Of a stretch of DNA of 64,000 bases, positions 39,881 to 51,159 are shown in pieces. The stretch lies in contig MDLA01000168.1 in assembly GCA_001730015.1 (NCBI GenBank), forward strand, positions 35,741 to 99,740, in the 5' to 3' direction. The notes beneath the pieces were generated by a model. The model was not told the origin of the DNA and did not search any database. It worked only from the letters and a program-made list of their open reading frames with translations. The translations under genes were made by a program, and so were the position numbers. Within the stretch, counting starts at the first letter, position 1, and each line of letters begins with the position of its first letter. This stretch comes from Chromatiales bacterium (ex Bugula neritina AB1). Its GTDB lineage: Bacteria > Pseudomonadota > Gammaproteobacteria > Granulosicoccales > Granulosicoccaceae.

Positions 39881-40930
39881 CTAGGCAATAGTAATATCAC
39901 GATCGAGATAAACATCCTGAATTGAATTCAGTAGTTTGACTCCATCGTTCATGGGCTTCTGGAAAGCCTTGCGACCGGAAATCAGGCCCATACCACCCGC
40001 ACGTTTATTTATAACTGCGGTTCGCACAGCCTGGCCGTAATCATCAGAGCCGGAAGCACCGCCTGAATTAATCAAGCCCGCCCGCCCCATATAGCAGTTG
40101 GCCACCTGATAACGCACCAGATCAATCGGGTTCTCGGAACTCAGTTTATCGTAGACCAGATCATTGGTGTGGCCAAAACCTATAGCCCTGTAACCGCCAT
40201 TATTCTCAGCCTGTTTCTGCTTTACGATATCAGCTTTCAAGGTCGCCGCTAAATGGTTAGCCTGGCCGGTTAAATCGGCTGAAGAGTGGTAATCGGTACC
40301 ATCTTTTTTGAATTCAGAATTACGCAGGTATGCCCATAAAACAGTTGTCATTCCCAGCTCATGCGCCAGTTCAAACGCTTCGCTTACTTCCTGAATCTGT
40401 CTGCGGCAATCCTGCGAGCCGTAATAGATTGTGGTGCCTACCGCCACACAGCCCATATCAAACGCCTGTCGAACCGATGCAAACATGGTTTGCTCGTACA
40501 TGGCCGGATGCGTCAGCGCTTCATTGTGATTAAGCTTCAGCATAAAGGGTATTTTATGAGCGTAACTACGCGCAACTGAAGAAAGCACTCCAAGTGTCGA
40601 CGCCACACAGTTGCAGCCGCCTTCAATGGCTAGTTCAACAATATTTTTCGGGTCAAAGTAGATCGGGTTCGGTGCAAACGATGCAGCACCGGAATGCTCG
40701 ATCCCCTGATCAACCGGAAGAATCGATACATAACCTGTTCCCGCCATACGTCCCGAGTTAAATATATTGCTCATTGCACGCATCACTGCCGGTGATCTGT
40801 CACTCTGTGACACCACACGATCAATATAATCCGGCCCTGGTAAATAGAGCGAAGATTTATCTATAGTTTTACATTCATGGGACAACAAAGAGTCGGCGTC
40901 AGCGCCGAGCAAAGCCTGGATGTCAGTCAT
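39881..40930 (-). CDS. fbaB: class I fructose-bisphosphate aldolase (FbaB type)
   Basis: The protein is colinear over its full length with E. coli FbaB as I recall it. Shared blocks are [65 protein letters not shown] and [18 protein letters not shown]. Confidence 0.9.
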   Translation of the reverse strand: MTDIQALLGADADSLLSHECKTIDKSSLYLPGPDYIDRVVSQSDRSPAVMRAMSNIFNSGRMAGTGYVSILPVDQGIEHSGAASFAPNPIYFDPKNIVELAIEGGCNCVASTLGVLSSVARSYAHKIPFMLKLNHNEALTHPAMYEQTMFASVRQAFDMGCVAVGTTIYYGSQDCRRQIQEVSEAFELAHELGMTTVLWAYLRNSEFKKDGTDYHSSADLTGQANHLAATLKADIVKQKQAENNGGYRAIGFGHTNDLVYDKLSSENPIDLVRYQVANCYMGRAGLINSGGASGSDDYGQAVRTAVINKRAGGMGLISGRKAFQKPMNDGVKLLNSIQDVYLDRDITIA

Positions 40931-41142
40931 ATTTCAGTATCCGATTGAGACGAGAGATTCTTTTTCGGATGCGCTGCAACCATTATGCAGAATCCTGCAC
41001 AATGCTTAGCGGGCATCTCCTGCACGACAAAGAATATAGGAACTCGTTGCAATAGTTGATTGCAAATTCGATGTGAATCCAACCACTGAGCGATTTTTAT
41101 GCCGACTACCGTTGCGGTAGTCGACACTGACAACCTGACGCT

Positions 41143-42597
41143 TTATTCAGCAGCGAGCACAGGTCCGTTGATCCAGTCGCCAACCCGTACAATTTTCATT
41201 GAGTTCGTGCCACTGGCCACACCGAACATATCGCCTTTGGTAATGATCACGAGATCGCCATCTTCAACGCGCTGCTGCTCAACAAGCTTCTTGACGACAA
41301 TTTGATTTGCCTCATAGGACGACTCAAGCCGAACATCAAACGGCACCGGATACACCCCGCGATACAACGTAACACGGGTCTGGGTATCGGCGTTCATGGT
41401 CACGGCGTATATAGGAATACTGGAACTGATACGCGACATCCATAGCGCTGTCGAACCGGTTTCTGTTAGTGCGCCAATTGCCTTGACGTCCAGATGATTC
41501 GCCGCGTACATACTGGCCATAGCGATAGATTCGTCTATATGATCAAAGTGAGTGTGCAGTCGATGCTGCGACTCCATTGCTCTGGGCTGCTTTTCGGCCT
41601 CTTCGCAAATACGGCTCATGGCAGTTACTGCCCGGTCCGGAAACTTACCCACCGCCGTTTCCGCCGATAGCATCACGGCATCGGTTCCATCCAGAACCGC
41701 ATTCGCCACATCAAAAACTTCGGCGCGGGTGGGAATTGGGCTGGTGACCATAGACTCCATCATCTGAGTTGCCGTAATCACCACTTTGTTGGCGGTACGC
41801 GCCTTGTTGATCAACTCTTTTTGCACTGCGGGCAACTGCGGGTCGCCTATTTCTACACCCAGATCTCCACGCGCGACCATGATCACATCGGTTACCTCAA
41901 GAATCTCGTCGATAGCCGCTACCGCTTCCGCGCGCTCGATTTTGGCCACAATACCGGCATTACTGCCGTGATCATTCAGCAGTTTGCGTGCATGGTTAAG
42001 ATCCGCGGCATCCCTTGGAAACGACACACCCAGGTAGTCGATATCGAGTTCTACCGCGAGCTTGAGGTCTTCCCGATCCTTTTCTGTAATCGCCGCGGCA
42101 GACAAACCGCCACCACGCAAATTGATCCCCTTACGATTGGACAGTTTACCGCCAACCAGTACTTTGGTGTGTATCTTCCCACCATCAATTTCTGTGGTCT
42201 CAAGCACGATGCGGCCGTCGTCAAGCACAAGAACACTTCCAACGCTAATGTCGTTGGGCAATTCCCGATAGGTGCAGCCAACGGCGTTCTGATCACCGGC
42301 ATTTTCATCGAGATCAATATCGAGGGTAAACGCATCGCCTTTTTTCAGCTCGATGGCATCATTTACAAAATTGGAGACACGAATCTTCGGCCCCTGCAGA
42401 TCACCGAGAATTCCGATAACCCGGTTTTCCTGCGCCGCCACTTTTCGAAGACTGTTGACGCTTTTGCGATGATCATCTGCACTACCGTGGGAGAAGTTGA
42501 TCCGTACAACGTTCACGCCCGCCCTGATCAACTCGCGCATGGACTGTTCGCTACTGGTTGCGGGCCCCAGCGTGGCAACAATTTTTGTTCTTCGCAT
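41143..42597 (-). CDS. pykA: pyruvate kinase (PykA type)
   Basis: The blocks MRRTKIVATLGPAT, NVVRINFSHG, LGDLQGPKIR and MVARGDLGVEI are present. Confidence 0.95.
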   Translation of the reverse strand: MRRTKIVATLGPATSSEQSMRELIRAGVNVVRINFSHGSADDHRKSVNSLRKVAAQENRVIGILGDLQGPKIRVSNFVNDAIELKKGDAFTLDIDLDENAGDQNAVGCTYRELPNDISVGSVLVLDDGRIVLETTEIDGGKIHTKVLVGGKLSNRKGINLRGGGLSAAAITEKDREDLKLAVELDIDYLGVSFPRDAADLNHARKLLNDHGSNAGIVAKIERAEAVAAIDEILEVTDVIMVARGDLGVEIGDPQLPAVQKELINKARTANKVVITATQMMESMVTSPIPTRAEVFDVANAVLDGTDAVMLSAETAVGKFPDRAVTAMSRICEEAEKQPRAMESQHRLHTHFDHIDESIAMASMYAANHLDVKAIGALTETGSTALWMSRISSSIPIYAVTMNADTQTRVTLYRGVYPVPFDVRLESSYEANQIVVKKLVEQQRVEDGDLVIITKGDMFGVASGTNSMKIVRVGDWINGPVLAAE

Positions 42598-42757
42598 AAT
42601 TCGTCAATTATTCAACTTGGATAACCGCGCATTGTAATTGGTTTTACTCACGCATGTCGTATTTTGAATAAAGGCGAATAGGCTTAGCCTCCGTGATGCT
42701 GAAGCTCCTACCGTTAAGAGTTGATCGCTACTCCATTTAAAAATCTACCAGTGGTGA

Positions 42758-43933
42758 TCAGGAAGAACTGCGCGCTTCCAGTATTGCTACAGCAGGCAGG
42801 GTTTTGCCCTCCAGAAATTCCAGAAAAGCACCACCTCCTGTGGAGATATAGCTGATGTTGTCGGTTAAGCCGAACTGATCAACAGCCGCCAGGGTATCAC
42901 CGCCACCGGCAATCGAGAAGGCAGTCGACTCGGCAATGGCTTCACCCACCACGCGTGTGCCATCGGCAAATTGCGCAAACTCAAAGACGCCAACCGGTCC
43001 ATTCCAGACAATCGTGCCAGCGTTTTTCAGTATTTCTGCATACTGCAATGCGGTCTTCGGGCCGACATCAAAAATCATTTCGCCGGCGCTAACATCGGAA
43101 ACTTCCTTAGTGCTGGCTGGAGTGGTCTCAGAAAATTCCTGCCCACACACAACATCTACCGGCACCGGTATGTCCCCGCCTTTAGAAATGGCCGCACTGC
43201 GAAGCCTTTTGGCCTCGTCGATGAGGTCGTCTTCATACAGGGAATCACCAATATTATGCCCTTCGGCTGCAATAAAGGTATTAGCGATGCCGCCACCAAC
43301 AATTAACTGATCGACTATGCCAGACAGCGAATCAAGAACGGTGAGTTTGGTTGAAACCTTGGACCCGCCCACGACGGCGACCAATGGTCGTGCCGGATTG
43401 TGCAACGCCTTGCCCAGTGCTTTCAGCTCACCTGACAGTAGTGGCCCAGCGCAAGCTTGCTTTGCATACTTTGCAACACCATGCGTCGATGCCTGTGCCC
43501 GGTGCGCCGTTCCGAATGCATCCATCACAAACACATCACACAGGGCTGCATACTTTCTCGACAACGTTTCGTCGTCGGATTTTTCTCCGGCATTAAAACG
43601 CACGTTTTCAAGTAGCGTCACAGAGCCTGCGGCAACTTCGATTTCTTCATCAAGATAATCGCTAAGCAAAGAAACCGGTTTATCGAGCAATTCACCCAGC
43701 CGCGTGGCCACGGGCTGCAGAGAATAAACAGCTTCCGGACTACCTTCGGTCGGTCGTCCAAGGTGTGACATCACCATCACGGCTGCACCCTTTTCCAACG
43801 CCATTTTGATGGTTGGTACTGACGCCACAATTCTTAAATCAGAACTGACCACACCGTCTTTCACCGGCACATTCAGATCAGCTCGAATGAGTACACGCTG
43901 GCCCGCTAAGTCCAGTTCGCTAAGCATTTTCAT
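42758..43933 (-). CDS. pgk: phosphoglycerate kinase
   Basis: The blocks [29 protein letters not shown] and [14 protein letters not shown] are present. Confidence 0.97.
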   Translation of the reverse strand: MKMLSELDLAGQRVLIRADLNVPVKDGVVSSDLRIVASVPTIKMALEKGAAVMVMSHLGRPTEGSPEAVYSLQPVATRLGELLDKPVSLLSDYLDEEIEVAAGSVTLLENVRFNAGEKSDDETLSRKYAALCDVFVMDAFGTAHRAQASTHGVAKYAKQACAGPLLSGELKALGKALHNPARPLVAVVGGSKVSTKLTVLDSLSGIVDQLIVGGGIANTFIAAEGHNIGDSLYEDDLIDEAKRLRSAAISKGGDIPVPVDVVCGQEFSETTPASTKEVSDVSAGEMIFDVGPKTALQYAEILKNAGTIVWNGPVGVFEFAQFADGTRVVGEAIAESTAFSIAGGGDTLAAVDQFGLTDNISYISTGGGAFLEFLEGKTLPAVAILEARSSS

Positions 43934-43974
43934 AAGATGGTATCCGTTGCTGCCGGTATCGGTTTATTCAGCTA

Positions 43975-44002
43975 AACAAAAAATGCCGCCCGAAGGCGGC
44001 AA
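43975..44002 (-). terminator. rho-independent terminator after gap
   Basis: On the minus strand the sequence reads TTGCCGCC-TTCG-GGCGGCA followed by TTTTTTG. It lies about 30 nt after the gap stop. Confidence 0.7.
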
Positions 44003-44032
44003 TTTACAGAATGCTGAAAATATCTGGTGCTG

Positions 44033-45034
44033 TTACTTAGCGTTCATCAACGCCACGGTAGTATCGAGCATCCGGTTGGAGAAGCCCCATTCATTGTCAT
44101 ACCACGAGCACACCTTAACGAGGCTGCCGCCACTGACGCGAGTCATGCCTGAATCAAAGTTAGACGTTGTACTGGTATGATTAAAATCTACAGATACCAA
44201 TGGCGCATCGGTATAAGCCAGTACTTTGCCATCTGCAGCTGACTTCATGATGTCATTTATTTCATCTACGGTGGTGTCGCGAGCCGCCTGAAAAGTCAGG
44301 TCGACAAGCGAAACATTAATTGTAGGTACTCGTATCGCAAAGCCATCCAGTTTGCCGTTCAGTTCCGGCAAAACCAAACCAACCGCTGCCGCAGCACCCG
44401 TGTTGGTTGGAATCATAGACATGGTCGCCGACCGGGCGCGTCGCAGGTCAGAATGGTATACATCGGTCAGAACCTGGTCATTGGTATAGGCGTGGATTGT
44501 TGTCATCAGGCCGCTGAGTACACCGATTTTTTCGTGCAGCGGTTTAACCATAGGCGCGAGGCAATTGGTGGTACAGCTGGCATTTGAAATAACCGTATCT
44601 GATGCCTTCAGCACATCTTCGTTTACTCCGTAAACTATCGTAGCATCCACACCTTTCCCAGGAGCCGATATCACTACCTTTTTCGCTCCCCCGGCAATGT
44701 GCGCCCCGGCAGTTTCCTTGGTGGTAAAAAAACCGGTGCACTCAAGAACTACATCAACACCCAATTCGCCCCAGGGCAGTTTGGCCGGATCACGCTCAGC
44801 AAAAACCTTTATGCGATCACCATTGACAATGATGTCATCGCCATCAACCGTTACTTCACCGGGAAAACGACCGTGCGCAGTGTCGTATTGAGTCAGGTGG
44901 GCATTGGTCCTGGAGTCGCCTAGATCATTTATCGCGACAACATCGAATTCTTTGTTACGGCCTGACTCGAAAAGTGCACGCAGTACGTTACGACCGATGC
45001 GTCCGTACCCGTTTATCGCCAGCTTTATCGCCAT
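44033..45034 (-). CDS. gap: type I glyceraldehyde-3-phosphate dehydrogenase (gap/epd position of the tkt cluster)
   Basis: [14 protein letters not shown], the active site SNASCTTNC and [14 protein letters not shown] are present. Confidence 0.93.
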   Translation of the reverse strand: MAIKLAINGYGRIGRNVLRALFESGRNKEFDVVAINDLGDSRTNAHLTQYDTAHGRFPGEVTVDGDDIIVNGDRIKVFAERDPAKLPWGELGVDVVLECTGFFTTKETAGAHIAGGAKKVVISAPGKGVDATIVYGVNEDVLKASDTVISNASCTTNCLAPMVKPLHEKIGVLSGLMTTIHAYTNDQVLTDVYHSDLRRARSATMSMIPTNTGAAAAVGLVLPELNGKLDGFAIRVPTINVSLVDLTFQAARDTTVDEINDIMKSAADGKVLAYTDAPLVSVDFNHTSTTSNFDSGMTRVSGGSLVKVCSWYDNEWGFSNRMLDTTVALMNAK

Positions 45035-45086
45035 ATCGTGATCTCCAGAGAATCTATTAATTGAGGCTGATTGTAAATTGAATGAA

Positions 45087-47075
45087 CTATAGTAGCTTTT
45101 TAACCGATGCGACTACGTTAGCAACCGTAAAGCCAAAATGCTCAAAGACCTGCTCCGCCGGACCTGACTCACCAAAGGTATCGAGGCAAACCATGGCGCT
45201 GTTACTTCCAGCGTATTTATACCAGCCACCAGATACACCGGCTTCGACCACAACGCGAGCGCTCACGGACGCCGGTAGTACTGAATCTCTGTAACTTTGT
45301 GGCTGACGGTCAAACACATTGCTCGATGGCATCGATACCACCCTGCAGTTAATACCCTCTGCGGCCAGTTTGGCGCAGGCTTCAACCGCCAGCCCGACTT
45401 CCGAGCCACAACTAATAAGAATTGCCTGCGGCTTATCGCAATCGACCAGCACGTAGCCCCCCTTTTCGATATTTTCAATCTGTTCATCGGTTCGAGGCTG
45501 GTGGGCCAGACCCTGTCGACTGAACAACAAGCTGGTCGGTCCATCGGTTCGCTCAAGCGCACATTTCCAGCTCACCGCTGACTCCACCGCATCGCAGGCT
45601 CGCCAGACATCCATATTTGGAATTAGTCGCAATGTAGCTGCCTGCTCAACTGGCTGATGTGTCGGCCCGTCTTCACCAAGGCCGATTGAATCATGAGTAA
45701 AGACCTGGATAGTTGGAATTTTCATCAATGCCGACATGCGCAACGCGTTGCGGGCATACTCGGAGAACATTAAAAAGGTAGCGCCATAAGCCTTGAAACC
45801 ACCATGCAGCACCAAGCCGTTTAGAATAGCCGCCATGCCAAATTCACGAACACCAAAATAGATATAATTACCATCGGCTGATTCCTCGATACCGCGGCTG
45901 CCCGACCAGATAGTCAGATTGGAACCAGCCAGATCAGCCGAACCGCCAATGAGTTCCGCCAGCGCTGGTCCAAACGCATTTAATGTATTTTGCGAAGCCT
46001 TGCGCGAGGCAACCTTTTCCGCGGCCGCATCGACCTCTTTAATATACTGACTGGCAACCGAGGCCCAGTCGGCCGGCAGTTCACCCGCCATACGCCGATC
46101 AAATTCAGCCGCATCCGCCGGATACCTTTCGCGGTACTGAGCCATTTTGTCAGCCCATTCTGACTCCGCGGCTGCCCCACCGGACTTTGCATCCCAGCCG
46201 GCATAGACGTCGTCAGGTATTTCAAACGGTGCATGCGGCCAGTTCAGTTCTTTACGCACCAGTTCAATTTCATCCGGGCCCAGAGGCGCGCCGTGGGACG
46301 ATTCCTTGCCGCCTTTGTTGGGTGAGCCATAACCGATGACCGTCTGGCAACAAATCAGGGTAGGTTTCGTTGTTTCAGCCTGCGCTGCCTCAATTGCCGC
46401 TTTGATTGCAGCACGATCATGCCCGTCGACAGGTGCTATAACGTGCCAGCCATAGGCCGCGAACCGGGCAGGAGTGTCGTCGCTAAACCAGCCCTCGACT
46501 TCACCATCGATGGAGATACCATTGTCATCATAAAAGGCAATCAGTTTGCCCAGCCCCAGTGTTCCGGCCAGCGAGCATACCTCATGGGAGATACCTTCCA
46601 TTAAGCAACCATCGCCGAGAAAGGTATAGGTGTGGTGATCGACGATCTCTGCATCAGGCTTGTTGAACTGAGCCGCCAGTGTGCGCTCGGCAATTGCCAT
46701 ACCCACCGCATTGGCAAGGCCCTGACCCAGAGGACCGGTCGTTGTTTCAACGCCAGGCGCGTAGCCGTATTCCGGATGGCCCGGCGTCTTTGAATGCAGC
46801 TGGCGGAAATTTTTCAGCTCGCCGATGTCGAGATCGTAGCCACTTAAATGCAGCAGCGAATACAGCAGCATCGAGCCATGCCCGTTCGACAGCACAAAGC
46901 GATCACGATCCGGCCATTGCGGGTTTGCCGGGTTATGCCTGAGGAAATCACTCCAGAGCGTTTCCGCTATATCAGCCATACCCATCGGCGCACCGGGGTG
47001 GCCGGATTTCGCTTGTTGTACCGCATCCATGCTCAGGGCGCGTACGGCATTCGCCAGAGTTCTATGATCAACCAT
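45087..47075 (-). CDS. tkt: transketolase
   Basis: The 662-aa protein carries [31 protein letters not shown], the TPP motif [10 protein letters not shown], and [16 protein letters not shown]. Confidence 0.97.
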   Translation of the reverse strand: MVDHRTLANAVRALSMDAVQQAKSGHPGAPMGMADIAETLWSDFLRHNPANPQWPDRDRFVLSNGHGSMLLYSLLHLSGYDLDIGELKNFRQLHSKTPGHPEYGYAPGVETTTGPLGQGLANAVGMAIAERTLAAQFNKPDAEIVDHHTYTFLGDGCLMEGISHEVCSLAGTLGLGKLIAFYDDNGISIDGEVEGWFSDDTPARFAAYGWHVIAPVDGHDRAAIKAAIEAAQAETTKPTLICCQTVIGYGSPNKGGKESSHGAPLGPDEIELVRKELNWPHAPFEIPDDVYAGWDAKSGGAAAESEWADKMAQYRERYPADAAEFDRRMAGELPADWASVASQYIKEVDAAAEKVASRKASQNTLNAFGPALAELIGGSADLAGSNLTIWSGSRGIEESADGNYIYFGVREFGMAAILNGLVLHGGFKAYGATFLMFSEYARNALRMSALMKIPTIQVFTHDSIGLGEDGPTHQPVEQAATLRLIPNMDVWRACDAVESAVSWKCALERTDGPTSLLFSRQGLAHQPRTDEQIENIEKGGYVLVDCDKPQAILISCGSEVGLAVEACAKLAAEGINCRVVSMPSSNVFDRQPQSYRDSVLPASVSARVVVEAGVSGGWYKYAGSNSAMVCLDTFGESGPAEQVFEHFGFTVANVVASVKKLL

Positions 47076-47515
47076 AGGATGAAGATTCCGTTTGAGTTAT
47101 TTAGTGATTCCGCCCGATTCAACGACCACCCGATTTACCGGAATCCGTGTCGGTAATATCAGCAATTGATAGTTAAAATCGCAGCAAAGTGCCGCCAATA
47201 TCTTTATCAGGAAACAATATGGCGTACGACTGATTACGTGGTAACAGCAGCAAGTAAACCGCCAATAATACCATTTGTGATGCAGTGCTGAAACTCTGGC
47301 CCCGGTATTCACATGGAATTTACACAAAATTGGCCGATTAAACGCATGAATTCAATCAAAAACTTGATTAATTGCTCATAGAGCACTATTTCTCACCACC
47401 ACCGCAATAAACACTCTCAGGCGTAGACAAGAATCTGCGATTTCGCTAAACTGGTGGTTTGGCTTTCTATAAGGTGTAATCGTACGTGAATGCTCGACCC
47501 GCGCGTAAAACATCA

Positions 47516-49348
47516 ATGGACCAGAATCAGCAATCCCGAATCAAGGAGCTGATTGCCAAGGGTAAGGAACAGGGTTACCTGACTTACGCCGAAGTCAATG
47601 ACCATCTGCCCGATGGTATTGTTGATCCAGAGCAGGTTGAAGAAATTATCGCCATGATCAATGACATGGGGATAACCGTCCACGAGGCGGCGCCTGACTC
47701 AGATACATTAATTCTTTCAGACTCCAGCACCCTCAGCCCGGACGATGACGCTGCCGATGAAGCAGCAGCAGCCCTGGCCAGTGTCGATGGTGAGTTCGGC
47801 CGCACCACTGACCCCGTTCGCATGTATATGCGTGAAATGGGCACCGTGGAGCTGCTCACACGTGAGGGCGAAATAGAAATCGCCAAACGCATTGAGGAAG
47901 GCCTAGGGCAAGTCCAGGCGGCACTGGCAAGTTTCCCCTCCACGGTACAGAAGATTCTTGAGCGCTACGCCCGCGTTGCTGCGGAAGAAGCCCGGATGAG
48001 TGATCTGTTGGTTGGTTTCATCGACCCCAACGCCCCGGATGAAATTCCAACTCCGGCACAGCAGCAGGCGAATCGCGAAAAAGCCGCCGCCGAAGCAGAA
48101 GAAAACGACGAAGAAGAAGTAGTCGATACCGGCCCCGATCCGGAAGAAGTGCGCGAGCGCATGGTTGCACTGGAAGAAGCGCACCGCAAAGCCATGGCTC
48201 TTATCGGCAAGATCAAAGACGGCAGCTCCAGTGACTTACTCGCGGCGACGGAAAAAACCACCGCCATGATCATGGAACTGAAGATGTCGCCGAACTTTAT
48301 CGACGAGCTGACCCGTGATCTTCGCGCGCGCGTATACCGCATTCGCACACAGGAAAAATCAATTCGCGATACCTGCGTCATCCGCTGCGACATGCCGCGC
48401 AAAGAGTTCATTGCGACATTCCCGGGCAACGAAATAGATCCCGAATGGCTGCAAAGCCACCTCGATAGCGGCAAGCCATACGCTGCTCGCCTGGCCGACA
48501 ATGCCGACGATATCCGACGCTACCAGCGCCGCATGGCAGTCATCGAAGAAGAAACCACTCTTACAGTCGGCCAGATCAAAGAGATCAGCCGCCGTATGTC
48601 GATCGGCGAAGCCAAAGCACGCCGCGCCAAAAAGGAAATGGTCGAAGCCAACCTCAGGCTGGTAATCTCTATCGCTAAGAAATACACCAACCGGGGCTTG
48701 CAGTTCCTCGACCTGATTCAGGAAGGCAATATCGGCCTGATGAAAGCGGTTGATAAATTCGAATACCGTCGCGGCTACAAATTTTCGACTTACGCCACCT
48801 GGTGGATCCGGCAAGCGATCACCCGCTCTATTGCGGATCAGGCGCGCACCATCCGAATTCCGGTACATATGATTGAGACCATAAATAAGCTCAATCGGAT
48901 ATCCCGTCAAATGCTGCAATCCATGGGTCGGGAAGCGACACCGGAAGAGCTTGCAGAAAAGATGGAAATGCCGGAAGACAAGATCCGCAAAGTACTGAAA
49001 ATCGCCAAAGAGCCGATCTCAATGGAAACCCCCATCGGCGACGATGAAGATTCCCACCTGGGTGACTTTATCGAAGATCAGAATATTTTGTCTCCGGTCG
49101 ATTCCGCAACTTCCGGTGGCCTGGGCGAAACCACTCACGAAGTCCTCGCAAGCCTCACACCACGTGAAGCAAAAGTTCTGCGCATGCGTTTCGGCATTGA
49201 TATGAATACCGACCACACGCTGGAAGAAGTCGGCAAGCAGTTTGACGTAACACGAGAGCGAATTCGCCAGATTGAAGCGAAAGCACTCAGAAAGTTGCGC
49301 CACCCTACCCGCTCAGAGCAACTGCGAAGTTTTCTCGACGGGGAATAG
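47516..49348 (+). CDS. rpoD: RNA polymerase sigma-70 factor RpoD
   Basis: The protein has an acidic region 1 and the rpoD box [39 protein letters not shown]. Region 4 contains [33 protein letters not shown] 47516 ([13 protein letters not shown]) is preferred. Confidence 0.97.
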   Translation: MDQNQQSRIKELIAKGKEQGYLTYAEVNDHLPDGIVDPEQVEEIIAMINDMGITVHEAAPDSDTLILSDSSTLSPDDDAADEAAAALASVDGEFGRTTDPVRMYMREMGTVELLTREGEIEIAKRIEEGLGQVQAALASFPSTVQKILERYARVAAEEARMSDLLVGFIDPNAPDEIPTPAQQQANREKAAAEAEENDEEEVVDTGPDPEEVRERMVALEEAHRKAMALIGKIKDGSSSDLLAATEKTTAMIMELKMSPNFIDELTRDLRARVYRIRTQEKSIRDTCVIRCDMPRKEFIATFPGNEIDPEWLQSHLDSGKPYAARLADNADDIRRYQRRMAVIEEETTLTVGQIKEISRRMSIGEAKARRAKKEMVEANLRLVISIAKKYTNRGLQFLDLIQEGNIGLMKAVDKFEYRRGYKFSTYATWWIRQAITRSIADQARTIRIPVHMIETINKLNRISRQMLQSMGREATPEELAEKMEMPEDKIRKVLKIAKEPISMETPIGDDEDSHLGDFIEDQNILSPVDSATSGGLGETTHEVLASLTPREAKVLRMRFGIDMNTDHTLEEVGKQFDVTRERIRQIEAKALRKLRHPTRSEQLRSFLDGE

Positions 49349-49364
49349 TAAGAGCCAAAACAAG

Positions 49365-49398
49365 ATGCTTTGCCACAAATGCCGGTGGCAAAGCATCT
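49365..49398 (+). terminator. terminator hairpin after rpoD
   Basis: A 13-bp perfect stem GATGCTTTGCCAC / GTGGCAAAGCATC with an 8-nt loop sits 17 nt after the rpoD stop. The U-tract is weak (TATCAAAT). Confidence 0.55.
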
Positions 49399-49487
49399 AT
49401 CAAATGAATTCTCGTTAAATTGACCAAATAATGTGATTCAAAATGACAAGACCTGTCAGATCACATGATGTATAATTAGTACCTCGT

Positions 49488-49813
49488 GGGCCTGTAGCTC
49501 AGTTGGTTAGAGCAGTGGACTCATCAAAATGGTGCGTCTATATTGTAAAATATAGAATGAACGGGATGAATTCAGGGAAACCTTAACAGTCAGGCTGAAG
49601 GCAATCCTGAGCCAAGCCAAAGGTACACCTTTGGAAGGTGCAGAGACTACCTGGGAACTACAGTGTTCTTAATAACAGGCTAGAGCGTCCCGCACCCCAC
49701 CAGCCACAAAGCACACATTGTTGCTGAGGGTGATGAGATAGTCCGCTCCGTACTGAAAAGTTCGGGCAAAGTGAATCCATTGGTCGTAGGTTCAAATCCT
49801 ACCGGGCCCACCA
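49488..49813 (+). tRNA. ileX: tRNA with anticodon CAU (most likely lysidine-dependent tRNA-Ile2, ileX-like), interrupted by a 249-nt intron after anticodon position 36
   Basis: Exon 1 (49488-49524, GGGCCTGTAGCTCAGTTGGTTAGAGCAGTGGACTCAT) joined to exon 2 (49774-49813, AATCCATTGGTCGTAGGTTCAAATCCTACCGGGCCCACCA) folds into a perfect 77-nt cloverleaf with an encoded CCA. The C4:G69 and C5:G68 pairs, the UGGUC variable loop and the location downstream of rpoD match E. coli ileX. Elongator tRNA-Met is not excluded. Confidence 0.85.
49525..49773 (+). ncRNA. group I (IC3-like) self-splicing intron in the tRNA anticodon loop; no ORF
   Basis: Core blocks align with the Azoarcus pre-tRNA-Ile ribozyme as I recall it. 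They are GGGAAACC, the P4 pairing TTCAGGG / TCCTGAG, GAGCCAAGCC, the hairpin CCAAAGG-TACA-CCTTTGG, and AAGGTGCAGAGACTA. A P2-like hairpin TCTATAT / ATATAGA is also present. The insert ends in G (49773), and a 5' GGTG/ATGG segment can pair with the exon CAU. Confidence 0.8.
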
Positions 49814-49849
49814 CATCTAATTTACCACCACTCAAACCTCTCCTAACAC
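49808..49849 (+). repeat. left direct repeat (attL-like), starting in the tRNA 3' end
   Basis: CCACCACATCTAATTTACCACCACTCAAACCTCTCCTAACAC recurs at 58443-58485. The two copies differ by two substitutions and one extra T. Confidence 0.8.
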
Positions 49850-50141
49850 GCTGAATATCGACATACTTTCCGAACACTGCGTCGACAAACTGATCATTGA
49901 GAGTGACCACAATAACACGCAACTCAAAGGCACTTATGCCGAATTATCCGCACGATAAGTGAACATGACAACAGGCAGCCAAGCCTGCATGCACGCAACC
50001 TGACGTCACTCGGCCTTTCGCTACCGGAATCGTAAGTCGAGTACCTGACCCGTCAGTTACGGGCTTCCCGGCGACACACTTGGCTTAGCACTGGCGTATG
50101 CGTAAGCTAGGCCTTGAAGAACGACAGATAGGTTAGACCCG

Positions 50142-50726
50142 ATGTACCAGGCACAGCCAAAGTCGCCAGATTTCGAACAGCTCTACCGTGAGCTGGAAGC
50201 ACTCCCCGAAAATCAGGTCGGCGAAATAATCAACGGAACGCTGCACGCGAGCCCTCGCCCCTCTGGACCGCACGGACGAGCAGCTTCAGTGATGGGTATG
50301 GACATCGGCACCCCATATGACCGAGGCAGGGGTGGCCCCGGCGGCTGGTGGATCATTTTTGAACCGGAGCTTCACCTGACCGAACAGGTTCTGGTTCCCG
50401 ATATTGCAGGCTGGCACCACGAAACCCTGCCCGAGATCCCGCAAAGCCATCGTTTTACCGTAGCGCCGGACTGGGTCTGTGAAATGCTGTCTCCTTCCAC
50501 CGGTAGAACTGATCGAATCGAGAAGATGCCTATCTATGCCAACGAGGGCGTGAGCCACCTTTGGCTGGTTGACCCGCTGGCACATACACTTGAGACGTTT
50601 GCGCTGCAAAACGGCCGATGGTCTCTGGCAGGCAGTTTCAAAGACAATGATGCTGTATCCATCGCTCCATTCGATGCAATCACACTGGAGCTGACGACGC
50701 TATGGCAAACCAGCGTAAGCAACTAG
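50142..50726 (+). CDS. Uma2-family (DUF820, PD-(D/E)XK-like) endonuclease
   Basis: The 194-aa protein carries ...GEIINGTLHASPRP..., VPDIAGW, APDWVCEMLSPST...DRIEKMPIYANEGVSHLWLVDP and LETF. This layout is typical of Uma2. Confidence 0.75.
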   Translation: MYQAQPKSPDFEQLYRELEALPENQVGEIINGTLHASPRPSGPHGRAASVMGMDIGTPYDRGRGGPGGWWIIFEPELHLTEQVLVPDIAGWHHETLPEIPQSHRFTVAPDWVCEMLSPSTGRTDRIEKMPIYANEGVSHLWLVDPLAHTLETFALQNGRWSLAGSFKDNDAVSIAPFDAITLELTTLWQTSVSN

Positions 50727-50751
50727 ACAGCTAAGCCAAGTCAATTACGCT

Positions 50752-50964
50752 TTATTGATGCAACTGATACCAACCTGACTCACTCAACACGTTAACAATC
50801 AAATCGACATCGTCGGTAAAACGGACCTGCTGCCGACTGAATTCGTCAGTCACCAACAACCCCGTTGTACAGCCACCGACAAACGCAATGTCGTCCAGCA
50901 GTGTTAAACCCAATGCAGAGGCAACACGCGTCAGCATGGAAACGGCAAAATCCAGTGCAGACAC
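50752..50964 (-). pseudogene. N-terminal stump of a nucleotidyltransferase (AbiEii/MNT-like) gene, preceded by the 3' stump of a partner gene
   Basis: Only 70 aa remain, ending prematurely: ...DDIAFVGGCTTGLLVTDEFSRQQVRFTDDVDLIVNV, a GG...D.D NTase-like block. Its GTG start overlaps the stop (TAGTG) of an upstream start-less reading frame ending ...REKKLAAKELRLLLELD (about 50965-51100). Confidence 0.4.
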
Positions 50965-51159
50965 TAATCAAGCTCCAACAGCAATCGCAGCTCTTTGGCC
51001 GCCAGCTTCTTTTCGCGTGAATTGCCGAGTCTTATTGCATCTGCCGGAGCCAACGCAGCGTACAATGTGTCGTCTGTAGCGATAGCCTGCGGAACGGTTT
51101 TATAGAGCGTTTATCTGGTCTAGTTATCCGGCCTATACAAATCAGGCAGCAGCGCCGGA

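Noticed and set aside
49680-49922. 80-aa minus-strand ORF overlapping the tRNA 3' exon and the intron
   Set aside because: It is antisense to a perfectly folding tRNA exon and to conserved group I core sequence. Its translation (…GPVGFEPTTNGF…) is the usual artefact of reading a tRNA T-arm. Only its first about 25 codons could be a relic of a Uma2 C-terminus.
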